Positions 51,553 through 52,523 of a stretch of 52,523 bases of DNA are shown piece after piece; the first letter of the stretch is position 1, and each line of letters starts with the position of its first letter. A program made the translations under genes and the position numbers. The DNA lies in the IMG/VR virus record IMGVR_UViG_2537561965_000009, one strand, 5' to 3'. The notes beneath the pieces were generated by a model. The model searched no databases and was not told the DNA's origin. It saw only the letters and a list, made by a program, of their open reading frames with translations. Origin of the DNA: a virus (lineage: Duplodnaviria > Heunggongvirae > Uroviricota > Caudoviricetes).

Positions 51553-52296
51553 ATGGCAACTACATGTTCAGTTATATTGATTTTGGAGTCCTTTGATGTT
51601 TATTTCGGAAAAGAGAGTGTGTTTCTGGAGAGAGGTTCATCTGTACTTGTCGACTCTAGCTCTAGAGATTTTTTCCTGACATATCCTGAAAGAGTGATAG
51701 TGGCGGATTTTGGCGCTGAGTTTATTAGTCGCTATTTGAAAGCTAATAACTTAAGGGATATTTCTGATTGTAGGGAATATCCATCTTATTTAAAAATAAA
51801 CTTTGCTGACTTCAGTTTAATTAAAGGATTAATTAGTTGGGCTAATCACTGTGCTGAATACATAGAAATTTTTGATGAGTCTATTGCTTTTACATGTCTC
51901 TCTGCATTTTCTTCTGAAAAACAATTTGGAGTATTTCTGTTTGAATGTTTGAAAAGCACAGGGGCTAAAGTTAAAACGATTATTCATACGGATTTATCTG
52001 CACCATGGCGTCTTAAGGATATATCATCAAGATTATATCTCAGCGAAAGTTTACTAAAGAGGAAATTGAAAGAAGAGGGGGTATCATTCAGTAAGATCAT
52101 ACTTGATGAGAGGATGCAAATGGCTGAATATTTACTCTGCACTCGTTGTTATCCTATTAGTAAAGTAGCTAAGGTCTGTGGTTATGCCAGTGTCTCATAC
52201 TTTACTTATGTATTTAGACGTTATTTTGGTGTTTCTCCAAGTCAATACTCTCAGAGGAGTTCAGAAAGTAAAATTCTTACTCACCAGGGAATCTGA
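51553..52296 (+). CDS. AraC-family transcriptional regulator (AT-rich, outside the prophage)
   Basis: 247 aa from ATG 51553; C-terminal double-HTH region ...ISKVAKVCGYASVSYFTYVFRRYFGVSPSQY typical of AraC/XylS proteins; low-GC codon usage. Confidence 0.7.
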   Translation: MATTCSVILILESFDVYFGKESVFLERGSSVLVDSSSRDFFLTYPERVIVADFGAEFISRYLKANNLRDISDCREYPSYLKINFADFSLIKGLISWANHCAEYIEIFDESIAFTCLSAFSSEKQFGVFLFECLKSTGAKVKTIIHTDLSAPWRLKDISSRLYLSESLLKRKLKEEGVSFSKIILDERMQMAEYLLCTRCYPISKVAKVCGYASVSYFTYVFRRYFGVSPSQYSQRSSESKILTHQGI

Positions 52297-52337
52297 TCAT
52301 TGTTCTTGCCCCCTTATTTCCAGACAGGGGGTGTATC

Positions 52338-52523
52338 TTAAGTTAACGTTACCCGCTGACGTCGATATTCTCGCGGAGAGCGATAACCCAACGCACTGTG
52401 CGGATGGTTTTCATTGTAATGTTCGATCGCCACTGCAAGATTATGCAATGCCGTTCTTACATTCGGTTTCGGCATGAACGCGATGTAGTCTTCCTTCATC
52501 GTTTTCACGAACCTTTCTGCCAT
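52338..52523 (-). CDS. IS3-family (IS2-like) transposase, C-terminal end, truncated by the window edge
   Basis: Product ...[52 protein letters not shown] resembles the C-terminus of IS2/IS3-type transposases; the element continues beyond position 52523. Confidence 0.6.
   Translation of the reverse strand: MAERFVKTMKEDYIAFMPKPNVRTALHNLAVAIEHYNENHPHSALGYRSPREYRRQRVTLT

Overview
The window is almost entirely one ~51-kb lambdoid prophage in an enterobacterial (E. coli-like) chromosome, read left to right as: int/xis and a large exonuclease gene; a Qin-type dicB module (ydfA-ydfB-ydfC-dicF-dicB-ydfD, minus strand); an intact IS66-family element with a perfect 8-bp target-site duplication, inserted about 8 bp downstream of the predicted leftward early promoter; a Rac-type immunity region (short repressor, cro-like ydaS, ydaT) with symmetric operator/promoter sets; a replication gene with internal iterons; a nin-like region with a hok/sok type I toxin-antitoxin locus, a DUF968-like protein, rusA and a Q-like antiterminator; a cargo block at the position where Stx phages carry stx (an AT-rich ABC-ATPase plus TOPRIM-like two-gene operon, an orphan DNA methyltransferase, three tRNA genes Ile2-Arg-Arg, an orphan AT-rich ORF, a NanS-p-like esterase); a phage-21-type lysis cassette (dual-start pinholin, SAR endolysin, Rz/Rz1) interrupted by two convergent ORFs; a KilA-N gene; cos; and a lambda-type head and tail gene set Nu1 through J, lom, stf, tfa. 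The right prophage end is marked by a 3' fragment of a tRNA-Ser gene (attR-like), followed by an AraC-family regulator and the end of an IS3-family transposase cut by the window edge. No stx genes and no CRISPR array are present. The most interesting candidate for an undescribed system is the ATPase/TOPRIM pair at 15714-17437, a likely anti-phage defence module. All calls rest on reading the sequence and on family features recalled from memory; no database search was run.
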